The position numbers and the translations under genes are program-made. Under the pieces are notes generated by a model that saw nothing but the letters and a program-made list of their open reading frames with translations, searched no databases and was not told the DNA's origin. From contig JBBSXO010000001.1 of the NCBI GenBank assembly GCA_038045705.1, positions 32,001 to 96,000 on the forward strand: a stretch of DNA of 64,000 nucleotides, in the 5' to 3' direction. The stretch is from Nanobdellota archaeon (GTDB lineage Archaea > Nanobdellota > Nanobdellia > Pacearchaeales > GW2011-AR1). Shown piece after piece: positions 39,330 to 49,272 of the stretch (position 1 is its first letter; every line of letters starts with the position of its first letter).

Positions 39330-41156
39330 CTAAATACCTCGAGGGTTGCTCATATTACCAGGTATACTAGTTCCATTACCTGGAATTGAGCTATTTCCTG
39401 GAAAAGGCAATGTAATTACTGGGCATGAAGATTTGAGTATAACTCCACGCCCTGAATTATCTTCAACAAGATAGCCTCTAAGTTTATGCCCCCACCATGT
39501 TCCTGCTTTAGGGGAGTAATCAAAATATTGAACTGGTATTGGATAATCTACATCACACCATCCATCTGGCTGAGAATCAACACAAGTTGGGCTGTATTCA
39601 TTCCACCAGTTATTTTGCCACAAAGTAGATTGTGGAGGAAAAGCTATAAAAGATTGAGGGTGCTGAGTATTATTTTCAAAATCATTATTCCATGCCTCTA
39701 TCTCATTAGTCTGCCCTGTTTGTTTAATGCCCAGAAGATTTGAGCCAATATAATTTGATCTTACCACAAGATAGTCTCCCATATTAGGTATTGTATTGCT
39801 CATAACATTATGGAAGAAAATTCCCTCCAAAGTATTACCTTCTATAATATTTTTATCTCTTATATATACAGTAGGATAAGAAAGCTCTTCTACTTTTATC
39901 CCTTCTAAACTGTTAGAAAGAATATCATTGCAATCAATTTCAAAATCACTCCATCCAGGTACGCCATAGTGAGTTGGATAACCAGAAATATAAATCCCTC
40001 GTTCTAAATTATAGTTAATCTTATTTTGTAGAATAAAAGAGGATAGTGCAACATTGCTGTACTGACCAAGATGGAGAGATATAGGAATTGAAGAAAACAA
40101 GATACCATTCCTATTGTTGTTTATGATATTCTTAAAAATGTTATTTATGGATACCAAATTATAGTTTAATTCTCCTGCACCCAAAGGTAAAATTACTGAG
40201 ATCCCATCAAGATTATTGAAGGTTATAGTATTATCAATAGCATAATCAAAATTTGCATTCCTTCCAGAAAAGAATGAAGCGTTAATAATCTCATTACTGT
40301 AATTTGCTAGGAGAGATATTCCTGAACCGTTATTTGAACTTATAAGATTTCTAGCAACTAGAGAGACACCTCGAATGTTAGGATTTGGATTGTAATTATA
40401 AGAGCTAAATCCTGTATTGATTATGCCGTCACCTTGATTATGTTGAATAATGTTGTCTGTAATAGAAAGGATAGAACTTATGTTTATCTGATTATTAGGA
40501 GAAGGAACTCTAAAATAATAATTGAAAGCATCCAAATGAATACCATTTTTCTGATTACTCTCAATATTGTTACTATTCAAAATAATAGATTCAGGAAATA
40601 AAAGAACAGGGATGCTATTATTAGCATCAGGAATATGGCGCGAAGTCAGTGTAACTCCATTAAGACGATTAAAATCAAAATTACTATCCTCAACAAGAAT
40701 ATTTTTTGTGTTTCCATCAAGTCTTAAACCATCATTACCATTGTTTGTAGAAAAAATGTTAATTAAGGTTATATTTGAAGCTAATCTATTTTGTTGACCA
40801 GTAATATAAGCTCCATGTCCTGCAAAGTTACTAAATGAACACCCGTTTACCACAATATTATTTTTCCCAATTATTGTAAGCCCATCTTTGGTTCTCGAAG
40901 AGGTTCCGTTAAAAAGAGTACCAACTTGACAGCTAACTTGTATATTATTCGCACCAATACCTATTCCATAATTATACACTCTAGGACAAATAGTTCCAGA
41001 TTGCATAATTAATTGAGGATATATTGGGGGAGTAATACAAGTAGGTTTTACTTGCGGAGCAAGTGAAATATCAAAAATATTCAATTCATAAATTGTAAAA
41101 ACCACTAAAAGAGATATAACAACAAAAGCAATCAACATCGACCTACCCTTATTCAT
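39330..41156 (-). CDS. secreted/membrane-anchored right-handed parallel beta-helix protein (NosD/CASH-like), paralog A
   Basis: N-terminal TM, many N.I..N...GI repeats, C-terminal NWW..Y....D..PDGWCD.P motif; many N-x-S/T sequons. Confidence 0.8.
   Translation of the reverse strand: MNKGRSMLIAFVVISLLVVFTIYELNIFDISLAPQVKPTCITPPIYPQLIMQSGTICPRVYNYGIGIGANNIQVSCQVGTLFNGTSSRTKDGLTIIGKNNIVVNGCSFSNFAGHGAYITGQQNRLASNITLINIFSTNNGNDGLRLDGNTKNILVEDSNFDFNRLNGVTLTSRHIPDANNSIPVLLFPESIILNSNNIESNQKNGIHLDAFNYYFRVPSPNNQINISSILSITDNIIQHNQGDGIINTGFSSYNYNPNPNIRGVSLVARNLISSNNGSGISLLANYSNEIINASFFSGRNANFDYAIDNTITFNNLDGISVILPLGAGELNYNLVSINNIFKNIINNNRNGILFSSIPISLHLGQYSNVALSSFILQNKINYNLERGIYISGYPTHYGVPGWSDFEIDCNDILSNSLEGIKVEELSYPTVYIRDKNIIEGNTLEGIFFHNVMSNTIPNMGDYLVVRSNYIGSNLLGIKQTGQTNEIEAWNNDFENNTQHPQSFIAFPPQSTLWQNNWWNEYSPTCVDSQPDGWCDVDYPIPVQYFDYSPKAGTWWGHKLRGYLVEDNSGRGVILKSSCPVITLPFPGNSSIPGNGTSIPGNMSNPRGI
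41059..41127. repeat. 69-bp exact direct repeat, copy 1 (5' end of beta-helix paralog A)
   Basis: GCAAGTGAAATATCAAAAATATTCAATTCATAAATTGTAAAAACCACTAAAAGAGATATAACAACAAAA, identical to 58997..59065. Confidence 0.9.
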
Positions 41157-41202
41157 ATAACTTTTATATCAAAAACGTTATTTATATACTTTCTTGTAAA
41201 AT

Positions 41203-41727
41203 CTAATGAACTTTCAATATCTTTCTGAAGATTATTGAGAATATAATAAAGAACACAATATACCCCCAAAGTCCAGACATGAATCCTAATATTTTCGCTG
41301 GATTTTCTTTAAAGTAATCTCCAAACCATCTAATAAGTAGGATGAAGGGTATTGCAGTATAAACAACTGGTCTCATTGTTATTGGAAATGTTTTGAAAGC
41401 AAGTTCCATAGATTTCTTTGATAGTTCCATAGTTTTCTCAGGATTACTTTTGTAAAGCTTCATTTCTTCATTCACAAGCTTTTGTTCTTCCTTTATTTGT
41501 TTTAACAAGTCCTGGTCCGTAACATGTTTATGCAATAAAGTAGTTATCAAATTAAGGATAGCAGTAATTATCAACAATCCAATAGTAACATCCCAGTTTA
41601 GCAATGCTCCTAAAGAAGGATCAAACGCAATATGGACAACCTCACCTATTATTGGAACTTTATCCCATAAAGTAGCAACTGCTAATGAAACAATCATCAC
41701 CAAAAATATCATTCCCATTCCTTTCAT
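41203..41727 (-). CDS. DUF106/EMC3-TMCO1 (Oxa1 superfamily) membrane insertase
   Basis: TM - coiled coil - MRP..YTAIP..L..W - WGYI pattern; directly downstream of secY. Confidence 0.82.
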   Translation of the reverse strand: MKGMGMIFLVMIVSLAVATLWDKVPIIGEVVHIAFDPSLGALLNWDVTIGLLIITAILNLITTLLHKHVTDQDLLKQIKEEQKLVNEEMKLYKSNPEKTMELSKKSMELAFKTFPITMRPVVYTAIPFILLIRWFGDYFKENPAKILGFMSGLWGYIVFFIIFSIIFRKILKVH

Positions 41728-41814
41728 TTTAATCAATAAATAGAATAAAGAATGTTTTTAAATTGAACTGTTTCATGAATAAAACATAAATTATTTCAAA
41801 CCCAAGATGATGAG

Positions 41815-43200
41815 TTAACCCATCATCTTTCTAAGAGCTGGATGCATATCAAGAGAATGTTGTTGTCCAATATTTTGGTATAGCTGATATAATATCATAA
41901 CTGCTAGTAATATAGAAACTCCAGAAGTTAGGGCTCCAAGTAAGTCTGCAAAAGCTGCTAAAAGCCCAATAGCAAAACCACCCATCACAGTTAGTGGGAA
42001 TATATATCGACCCAATATACTTTCTATTATTCTAGGATCCTTTCTGAAACCCGCAACTTGTAATCCTGAAGATGCGATGTTTTTTGCTTGACCAGCAGGA
42101 TCCATACCTGTTGTTTTTACCCAGAATATAGAAAATATGACAGAAAATATTACATAAAATAGTATGTGGAAAATAGCCTGGAATATCTGAGAGGTAAGTA
42201 AACTCCCAGTTAATAAAGATTGTAACAAGTTAGGAGCTCCAATCCAGAAAGCAAGTCCCGAAATTGGTTGTCCATTTTGGAATCCTCCTAAAAATGTAGG
42301 TCTTCCAAGCCAACTTTCAAACAAACTTCCAAATAATTGTAAGTTTGCGGAAAGTGCGGCAACTAATATAACTGGCAAGGTAGAAGCATAAAAGAATTGT
42401 AATGGCCACTTAACTCCGTAACCCCTCAATCTATCATAGCTTAAAGGAATTTCAACTTTCAAGCTTTGCGCCCAAACAACACCCAAGAAAACCAATGCAG
42501 TCACAGCGATAACAGCAGCGGCAAGCAAAGCGCCTGTGGCATCACCATTAATTATAGATTGAATAATAACTAAAACTCTACCAGAACAAGGAGTATTTCC
42601 AAAGTCAACTAAACAGTTGGAACCGTCAGACCCAATGAACTGGAATAATCCTATGAATAACTGCAATGCAACTCCTGCAACTATGAAAAGAGAGACTCCT
42701 GAGCCAAAACCCCATTTCGCAACAACTTCATCCATAAACATTATCGCAAGACCACCAAGAATTAACTGGAATATTACTATTGATTCAAATCCTGGATTTG
42801 CTTCAAGACCCTTCATCAATACAAATATACATGCCTCAAAAACTATAAAAAATAGAGTTCCAAGTTTTTGTATTCCTTGGAACATTTTTTTACCTTCTTC
42901 TGTTTTAGTATTTAAGCTCAATATTCCAGATCCAACAAGTAACTGCAAAATAATGGATGAAGTTACGATAGGTCCAATACCCAAGCTTATTATTGCACCA
43001 AAATCAGTTCCAAGTATTGTTGATAAAAAGTCAAATCTTTCAAGAGCGTTTCTACTAAGTCCATATAATTTGATATTGTACATTACGAAAAAGAATCCAA
43101 GAATAGTTAACGTCCATTTTAATTTCTCATTAAAGGATATTTTTTTCTCGACAGGTTTTTTTACTTCAGGAAGAAACTGAATAATCTCTTTAAGCACCAT
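41815..43200 (-). CDS. secY: protein translocase subunit SecY
   Basis: KLKWT, LGIGPIVTSSIILQLL, KWGFGSGVSLFI, FYASTLPVIL, GFRKD, RYI, SGVSILLAV. Confidence 0.97.
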   Translation of the reverse strand: MVLKEIIQFLPEVKKPVEKKISFNEKLKWTLTILGFFFVMYNIKLYGLSRNALERFDFLSTILGTDFGAIISLGIGPIVTSSIILQLLVGSGILSLNTKTEEGKKMFQGIQKLGTLFFIVFEACIFVLMKGLEANPGFESIVIFQLILGGLAIMFMDEVVAKWGFGSGVSLFIVAGVALQLFIGLFQFIGSDGSNCLVDFGNTPCSGRVLVIIQSIINGDATGALLAAAVIAVTALVFLGVVWAQSLKVEIPLSYDRLRGYGVKWPLQFFYASTLPVILVAALSANLQLFGSLFESWLGRPTFLGGFQNGQPISGLAFWIGAPNLLQSLLTGSLLTSQIFQAIFHILFYVIFSVIFSIFWVKTTGMDPAGQAKNIASSGLQVAGFRKDPRIIESILGRYIFPLTVMGGFAIGLLAAFADLLGALTSGVSILLAVMILYQLYQNIGQQHSLDMHPALRKMMG

Positions 43201-43308
43201 TCCATATATCATAAATACAGGTTTTTAAATGTTAAAGTTTCTAGAAAATTTAGTAAACTAGCTTTTAATAACTATAAACTATATATAGTGTTCAAAATTC
43301 AGATTATT

Positions 43309-44538
43309 ATGAGATCCAGAAAAACTAAAATCAAAAGTAGATCATCTGTTTTAATTTTCTTATGGATAATATCTATAATTGCTTTATCCAGCTATTTTAT
43401 TTTCTCTAATGTCTCAGCACGTTATCAAGAAATAACTCCTTATTGTACTACACCAATTGCTATTATCAATCATTCACAGTACTCAAGTTCAAGCAATCCT
43501 GATATTTATGGGAGAACTATGGTTTATTCATTTCAGGGTTCATTGAAATTTTATGATTCAGGCCAAGATAGTCGGTTTGGAACTGCTGATGATCTGGGAA
43601 TTAGAATGCCTGCACAGTTTCAACGTGGAAATTATTCTTACTCTGCCCCAAGAATTTTTAAAGATGACATTGTGTTTATTAGATCCAATTTCACAAGTGG
43701 GCAAAGCGATTTAATGATTTATTCATTGGGTCCAGATTTAATCATAGGAACTTCTGATGACCGTGGACCAGTTCCTATAATTAGTGCACCATCTCAAACT
43801 TTTTCAACAAATCAGATTTATATAGATCAGAATTTAGTTTCTTTTAAAATTTTCAATTCATTGTCTTTTTTAGTTGATACTTATTATTGTACTACCGACT
43901 TTCCATCAGGAACATGTTGGAATTCTATACCTCAACAAATCATACAAAACATGTTTAGGTCAAACATGGTAAGAAATTTTATTGCAACAAAATCTGTATA
44001 TGATCAAGCTCCACTTTTCTTCTTTCAAAAACAACAATCTTCATTTGAGAACCTTTATTTTTCAGAACCAGGGGTTTCTCAAGAGGGACCATTTTATAAT
44101 ATTCCAGCAAATATTTATGAAACCCTAGAAGATATTTCATTTCCATTTATTTTAACTACATTTCATACTGGCCAATTAGATAATAAAGTCAGGATAGGCT
44201 TTACTTATCAAAACTCTCCTTATTTCCAAATATCTCCCAATAATTTAGAACATTCTTCTTACTCTATTTATGATAAGTTTGCAAGTATCTCAAGAGTGAT
44301 TTCTAGTGATAGAAGGTATGGCTTAGTTTCATGGATAAGAAAAGATTCAGAAGATATGCTAGTTGATAATTATGTAATCTCAAATGTGATGATTATTAAC
44401 GGAACTCTATCTTCAAGCGGTGTTGAGGTTATAATCCCTCGTAATATTGTTATTCCAATTTCACCTCCGAAAGTTTACAAAGACACTGCAGTATTTAGTG
44501 ACGGAAATAGGATATATATTTCTGAATGCTTCTTTTAA
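43309..44538 (+). CDS. secreted hypothetical protein, beta-propeller-like repeats
   Basis: N-terminal basic + TM signal; PDIYG/PRIFK/PKVYK blade motifs; two GxDxxxGTxDD loops; ORF from 43288, ATG at 43309. Confidence 0.65.
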   Translation: MRSRKTKIKSRSSVLIFLWIISIIALSSYFIFSNVSARYQEITPYCTTPIAIINHSQYSSSSNPDIYGRTMVYSFQGSLKFYDSGQDSRFGTADDLGIRMPAQFQRGNYSYSAPRIFKDDIVFIRSNFTSGQSDLMIYSLGPDLIIGTSDDRGPVPIISAPSQTFSTNQIYIDQNLVSFKIFNSLSFLVDTYYCTTDFPSGTCWNSIPQQIIQNMFRSNMVRNFIATKSVYDQAPLFFFQKQQSSFENLYFSEPGVSQEGPFYNIPANIYETLEDISFPFILTTFHTGQLDNKVRIGFTYQNSPYFQISPNNLEHSSYSIYDKFASISRVISSDRRYGLVSWIRKDSEDMLVDNYVISNVMIINGTLSSSGVEVIIPRNIVIPISPPKVYKDTAVFSDGNRIYISECFF

Positions 44539-44583
44539 TTAGTCCATCTTAAAGTATTAATAGTCTTTTAATTAAATGCTCTA

Positions 44584-45063
44584 ATGGTAAAAAAAGAGAA
44601 TCAAAATTACAATGGTGCTGTAGTTTTAGGGCTTAATGATGCATTAGTTGAATTATCTGGAGCATTAGTCGGTTTGAGTTTTGCACTTACAGAAACAAAA
44701 ATTATTGCAACAGTTGGTCTAATTACTGGTTTTGCGGCCGCTTTATCAATGGCTGCTTCAGAATATTTATCTGCAAAAGAAGAAAAAAATAAAATGCCCA
44801 TAAAAGCTGCAACATATACAGGAATAGCATACATCTTAGCAGTTATTTTGTTAGTAGCCCCTTACTTTATTTTACAAAACATATACTTAGCGACCGCAAT
44901 AATGTTCTCGTTAGTAATCATAATAATCGCAAGTTATACAAAATATATTTCTTCAATGAATAATGTAAGTTTCAGATTAAAGTTCTTTGAAATGCTTACA
45001 ATAACTCTATCAGTATCTGTGATAAGTTTCTTGTTTGGAACTTTAGTCAAGAAGTTGGTTTAG
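44584..45063 (+). CDS. VIT1/CCC1 family Fe/Mn transporter (membrane domain only)
   Basis: VLGLNDALVE, GLITGFAAALSMAASEYLS. Confidence 0.85.
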   Translation: MVKKENQNYNGAVVLGLNDALVELSGALVGLSFALTETKIIATVGLITGFAAALSMAASEYLSAKEEKNKMPIKAATYTGIAYILAVILLVAPYFILQNIYLATAIMFSLVIIIIASYTKYISSMNNVSFRLKFFEMLTITLSVSVISFLFGTLVKKLV

Positions 45064-45123
45064 TTAATTCTATACAAACACCACACTTTAGCATGTAGTT
45101 TTGCATCGATTTTTTATTTTAAT

Positions 45124-45170
45124 ATTTAACACTACAAAAAAGAAAGACTTGTAAATATGTAGTGTTAAAT
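45124..45170. repeat. perfect 13-bp inverted repeat with 21-nt spacer
   Basis: ATTTAACACTACA (45124-45136) / TGTAGTGTTAAAT (45158-45170). Confidence 0.8.
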
Positions 45171-45383
45171 TAATTCAAGTAATTCGTGGAGCTAATCCAG
45201 ATTCTTATGATCAAACTCTCTATTATCTAGATCCGGCTCAATGGGGTGTTAAATATACAGAAACTATCCATGATGAATATGTTGTTCTTGGTTGTGCTGT
45301 GAAATGTTTGGATTTACAAGATGAACTTATTAAAAAATACCAACCACATTTAAGAAGAAAAATTTAATTTTTACTATCTAAAA

Positions 45384-45785
45384 TCACTTCAAAGTGATTT
45401 TTCCACCATGTTTCTCAACAGACTTGATTGCACTTTTACTTGCAGCACCAGCTGTTATATTAAGTTTAATATTTTTACTTAAACTTCCAACAATTTTATA
45501 ATCTGAATAATCGGCTCCATCTTTAATACTATCAGAAATTCTTTCTAAGTTAAGTGTCTTTAATCTTCCTTTCCCAAAACGCATTTTTGTCTGCCTCTTG
45601 CCGAAATATTCGTCCATTCCAATTTTCAGAATACTAGTTTTTTTCTGATCTCCTCTCTTTCCTGTTCCAGCCATTCCAAATCCCCCACGGTGTCCACTAC
45701 CTCTCGCTTTCTTTTTACCACCGCGACCATGAGTGTGACTGCCTCTAAATCTACTTGATTTTCTTCTTTTTTTCATTCGAACCAT
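45384..45785 (-). CDS. rpl15: 50S ribosomal protein uL15
   Basis: RGSHTHGRGGKKKARGSGHRGGFGMAG, ASKSAIKSVEKHGG; likely start 45785. Confidence 0.93.
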   Translation of the reverse strand: MVRMKKRRKSSRFRGSHTHGRGGKKKARGSGHRGGFGMAGTGKRGDQKKTSILKIGMDEYFGKRQTKMRFGKGRLKTLNLERISDSIKDGADYSDYKIVGSLSKNIKLNITAGAASKSAIKSVEKHGGKITLK

Positions 45786-45973
45786 TATTCTTCCCCCCAA
45801 TCCTTAGCTCTAATCTCTTCCATTAAATTTTCATCTGCAAGTTCCACAACATCATCTTCATCAGCTTCAACATAAGTTCCTTCTTCACCGCATCGTTTAC
45901 ATTCCTCTGGGGGAAGCTTACCATAAGCAATTGATCCGCATTGACATTCCCAAGTTGTTTTTAATTTAGTCAT
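45785..45973 (-). CDS. small rubredoxin-like/zinc-ribbon protein with acidic tail
   Basis: WECQCG...PPEECKRCG then EADEDDVVELADE; coupled to rpl30 and rpl15. Confidence 0.7.
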   Translation of the reverse strand: MTKLKTTWECQCGSIAYGKLPPEECKRCGEEGTYVEADEDDVVELADENLMEEIRAKDWGEE

Positions 45974-46389
45974 AACATTCTCTCCAAAAGTGAATTTATA
46001 TGCTCTTTGTTATCTCCAAGAACTCCCTTTCCAACTCCAAAGTGCTTTTTACTTTCAATACCTTTTCTAGGAGGATGCAGTCTAAAGAATGGTTTCATTC
46101 CCTGTTCACGCAATGATTTCTTTTCAATATTTTTTGCAATAGATTCAGCATCAATTTTCCCTTTTTTATCAGATTTCTCTCCTCTCAAGGATATCAACTT
46201 AACAAGATTCTCATTAGTTATTGTTCCAAATGCAACAAAACTTCTTACTTTATTTAAGAGTTTCATATTTTCAGGAGTTTCAGGCATTAAAATTGCAGCA
46301 TATTTTCTTCTCAAATTTATATTATGAAGTATGTAATTAACATTTTCAGATACATCAACCATTCCAGAAATTCTTATTACTATTATCAT
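45970..46389 (-). CDS. rpl30: 50S ribosomal protein uL30 (archaeal long form)
   Basis: IVIRISG, LRRK, FFRLHPPRKG, INSLLERML. Confidence 0.93.
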   Translation of the reverse strand: MIIVIRISGMVDVSENVNYILHNINLRRKYAAILMPETPENMKLLNKVRSFVAFGTITNENLVKLISLRGEKSDKKGKIDAESIAKNIEKKSLREQGMKPFFRLHPPRKGIESKKHFGVGKGVLGDNKEHINSLLERML

Positions 46390-47117
46390 GACAAGCTCCT
46401 TGTGTTCTTAAGAGCTTCAATACATGCATTAGCTGCGTTTATTGTTGTTCTTCCTTGTCCTTTAGCATATGAATATACATCCTTTATTCCAGCAAGTCTC
46501 AAAATCTTTTTACATTCATCGCTAACTACAAGACCAGTTCCTTGAGGGGCAGGTATTAATTTGATAACTACACTTCCACATTTACCTTCAACTGCAAAAG
46601 GAATACTATGTAATTCAGAGCAAGAACAATCAAAGTGACCGCACCCTCTAGTAACTTTTATTACATTTAACTTAGCAAGTCTCACTGCTTTTTCTCTTGA
46701 AGGAAGTGTTTCTTTTGATTTTCCTAATCCTATCCCAACATGTCCATTTTTATCACCAACAACAGCCATAGATGAGAAAGTAAGAATATTCCCTTCCATT
46801 GTTTTCTTTTGAGTCTGTCTCCAAGCTCTTCTTTTACCTCCTCCAAATTTACCCTTTGATTGCCCAACAAGAAGCAAATCTTTTTCTAAAGTTATCAGGC
46901 TGTCAACAATCTCAGATTCGAGTATTTTTTTACCACTCAATAAAATCTCATCTATATTTTTTATTTTCCCATTCCTAACATCCTTCCCAATCTGAGTTTT
47001 AGGATTCCATGATTGAACAGGTGTATGTTCTTTTATATTTTCTAACATCAAAGCTTCTTCGCTTACTGGAACCTCTAAAGCAATTCCTATTTCTTCTTGT
47101 TTTATTTCAGTTTTCAT
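46386..47117 (-). CDS. rps5: 30S ribosomal protein uS5
   Basis: WNPKTQIG, AVVGDKNGHVG, RGCG, GKCGSV..KLIPAPQGTGL, GRTTIN. Confidence 0.96.
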   Translation of the reverse strand: MKTEIKQEEIGIALEVPVSEEALMLENIKEHTPVQSWNPKTQIGKDVRNGKIKNIDEILLSGKKILESEIVDSLITLEKDLLLVGQSKGKFGGGKRRAWRQTQKKTMEGNILTFSSMAVVGDKNGHVGIGLGKSKETLPSREKAVRLAKLNVIKVTRGCGHFDCSCSELHSIPFAVEGKCGSVVIKLIPAPQGTGLVVSDECKKILRLAGIKDVYSYAKGQGRTTINAANACIEALKNTRSLS

Positions 47118-47596
47118 TTTAGCTTTTCCTTGAGTTGATTAATAAGTTTTGCTGTCTCTGTTTTTCTATTAATCATTTCATCATCTGGTAAGACTTCTTC
47201 ATTTACAGGAATCTCAAAACCTGCATCTTTCATTCCTTTAACAAAAGCATAAATCCTTGATTTTGGAACATGGCTTAAGAGTCCTATGTCTAAAACTCCG
47301 CTTTTAATTTCAGTTCGTTTAGCAAGTAAATACCCCATCAAATAAGCAGCAGGTAAACTTTTCAAACTTCCAGATAATTTTTCAGGCCAACCAAATTTTA
47401 TCAAATCCTTTGTACTTACATTAACTATTACCCTGTCTTTAGCTATTTCAGAGATAACAACCTGGGCTTGTAAGAATCTATTTGTTTTTCTAAATACTAC
47501 TCTTGGTTTGCCAGATTTAAGAAGGAAAAATCTAGCCTTGTAATCTGTCCTTCCTTCATGTCTTCTTCTTCTAACTGTTTTTTGTACGCCTTGCAT
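47114..47596 (-). CDS. rpl18: 50S ribosomal protein uL18
   Basis: RRRHEGRTDYKAR, RVVFRKTN, PAAYLMG, VLDIGL. Confidence 0.95.
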   Translation of the reverse strand: MQGVQKTVRRRRHEGRTDYKARFFLLKSGKPRVVFRKTNRFLQAQVVISEIAKDRVIVNVSTKDLIKFGWPEKLSGSLKSLPAAYLMGYLLAKRTEIKSGVLDIGLLSHVPKSRIYAFVKGMKDAGFEIPVNEEVLPDDEMINRKTETAKLINQLKEKLK

Positions 47597-47597
47597 T

Positions 47598-48008
47598 TTA
47601 TTTAACCACCTTCATAAGTTGTATATGCTCTTTTAAATGTGTTTTATTTCTGAAAGTCTTGCTTCTTACTCCCTTCCTTAATGTCATAAATTCATCATTA
47701 TTTATTTTTCCATGTTTTCTAATCTCTGCCAAGTATGATCTCAACTTTCTTGTTAAAATGATATATTCTCCTTTTCTGTTATTTGGCCTCATGCGTATAC
47801 TTCCAGCCCTTCTTCTCTTTCTAGGTGTATTGGCTTTTCTTCCTTTAATGTCATTAACAAAAATAGCTTTTGATGTAACCAAATCTCTAATATCTTGTTT
47901 AGTAATTGCTTCTTTAATTTCATTAATATTATGCATATTGAATCTAATTCTTCCTTCTCCAACTCCAAGAGTTCTTGAAGCAAGAGCCTTTTTTTTACTT
48001 AGATCCAT
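47598..48008 (-). CDS. rpl19e: 50S ribosomal protein eL19
   Basis: KKALASRTLGVGEGRI, AITKQDIRDL, RRRAGS, FRNKTHL. Confidence 0.93.
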   Translation of the reverse strand: MDLSKKKALASRTLGVGEGRIRFNMHNINEIKEAITKQDIRDLVTSKAIFVNDIKGRKANTPRKRRRAGSIRMRPNNRKGEYIILTRKLRSYLAEIRKHGKINNDEFMTLRKGVRSKTFRNKTHLKEHIQLMKVVK

Positions 48009-48357
48009 TTTCAACTCCTGATTTCACATTTAATATTTCTAAATTCATTTCATTAGCTTTTTTTATCATCTCAATTTTTTTCCTAGCTCCAATTGTTCTT
48101 GCAATGATTATTATGTTTTCTTTGCTTGTTTTTGAGAAGTCAGCCATATTTGTAATTCTAATTGGAATTTTTCCATTAATTTTTCCAGATTCGTTTCTAG
48201 GAGACTTGAATCCAATGCGAGGAGATTTAGTATAGCCAAATCTGTTTTTTCTTATTTTGCTATGTCTTCCTACTGCAGCTCTCCATCTTTGTAGTTTGCG
48301 TCTACCTAAACCCATTCTGCTGAACTTCAATGTACTTCTTCTAACTACTCTTTTCAT
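47995..48357 (-). CDS. rpl32e: 50S ribosomal protein eL32
   Basis: WRAAVGRHSKIR, PRIGFKSP, IGARKKIE, ILN. Confidence 0.92.
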   Translation of the reverse strand: MKRVVRRSTLKFSRMGLGRRKLQRWRAAVGRHSKIRKNRFGYTKSPRIGFKSPRNESGKINGKIPIRITNMADFSKTSKENIIIIARTIGARKKIEMIKKANEMNLEILNVKSGVENGSK

Positions 48358-48896
48358 ATTCCAGCCCCAGGTTTTTTAGTTATAAATATTCCATCTTGGA
48401 AAATTCTTCTATCTTTTTTGGTAACAGTAGACGCTTTTTCTATATTAGCTGCAGTCTGTCCAGCTTTTTCAACATCCGCGCTTGAAATAATAACCTTTGT
48501 TCCATTTACTTTAATTTCAACACCTGGTAAAATCTTAGCATTCCTTGGAACCTTTTCTCCTAAAAAATTTGTGATTATAAAATTATCTTTATCAACTTTA
48601 ACAGTCATTGGGAAATGAACATTACATATTTCCATTTCATAAACAAATCTTTCATTCAGTCCTTGAAATAAATTTTTTATATGGGCTACAATTGAATTTA
48701 CATTAGCAATTCCTTTTCTATTTGCACTCTTACAAACTATTAACATTACCATTCCATTAACAGAAATAGTCATGTTATGCACCCCAAAATTTCTGACCAA
48801 TTGAGTATTACCTTTAGAACAATGCAATTCATCTCCAGATAATTTACAGTTTATTCCTTCAGGAATTTCAATAGACATTTCGTAGTTGTTTTTCAT
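48354..48896 (-). CDS. rpl6: 50S ribosomal protein uL6
   Basis: HIKN, HFPMTV, NFLGEK, GQTAANIE, KDRRIFQDGIFI. Confidence 0.96.
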   Translation of the reverse strand: MKNNYEMSIEIPEGINCKLSGDELHCSKGNTQLVRNFGVHNMTISVNGMVMLIVCKSANRKGIANVNSIVAHIKNLFQGLNERFVYEMEICNVHFPMTVKVDKDNFIITNFLGEKVPRNAKILPGVEIKVNGTKVIISSADVEKAGQTAANIEKASTVTKKDRRIFQDGIFITKKPGAGI

Positions 48897-49271
48897 TTAG
48901 TAAAAGTAAGCGACAATGCTTCCCCCTATTCCTTTATCAAAAGCTGTTTGGTGAGTAACAAGACCCTTACTTGTAGAAATTATTATAGTTCCAATACCTC
49001 TAGCAGGCAAATATCTTCTTACATACTTGTCTATATCTTTCACTTTTACAACATAACGAGGTTTAACTGCCTTACATTTATGCAAATTCTTGAACTCTAC
49101 AAAAAGACCTTTAGGAGTGACTGAATATTCTGAAATGTAATCTTTCAATTTTCCTATTGCTAATATGTTTTGTAAGAATTTGGAATGGTGTTTCAAAGTT
49201 ATGCTTGCTTGCCCAGCTAGTTTAGCATTCATTATTCGATTTAAACCATCTGAAACTATATCTTGACTCAT
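48897..49271 (-). CDS. rps8: 30S ribosomal protein uS8
   Basis: KPRY, YLPARGIG.IIISTSKG, GG.IVAYFY. Confidence 0.95.
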   Translation of the reverse strand: MSQDIVSDGLNRIMNAKLAGQASITLKHHSKFLQNILAIGKLKDYISEYSVTPKGLFVEFKNLHKCKAVKPRYVVKVKDIDKYVRRYLPARGIGTIIISTSKGLVTHQTAFDKGIGGSIVAYFY

Positions 49272-49272
49272 G

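Noticed and set aside
42617-43180. Long antisense ORFs (e.g. 42617..43180, 3161..3643, 26401..26832, 47659..48021, 53612..53848)
   Set aside because: They lie fully opposite well-supported genes and show no motifs; typical antisense shadows.
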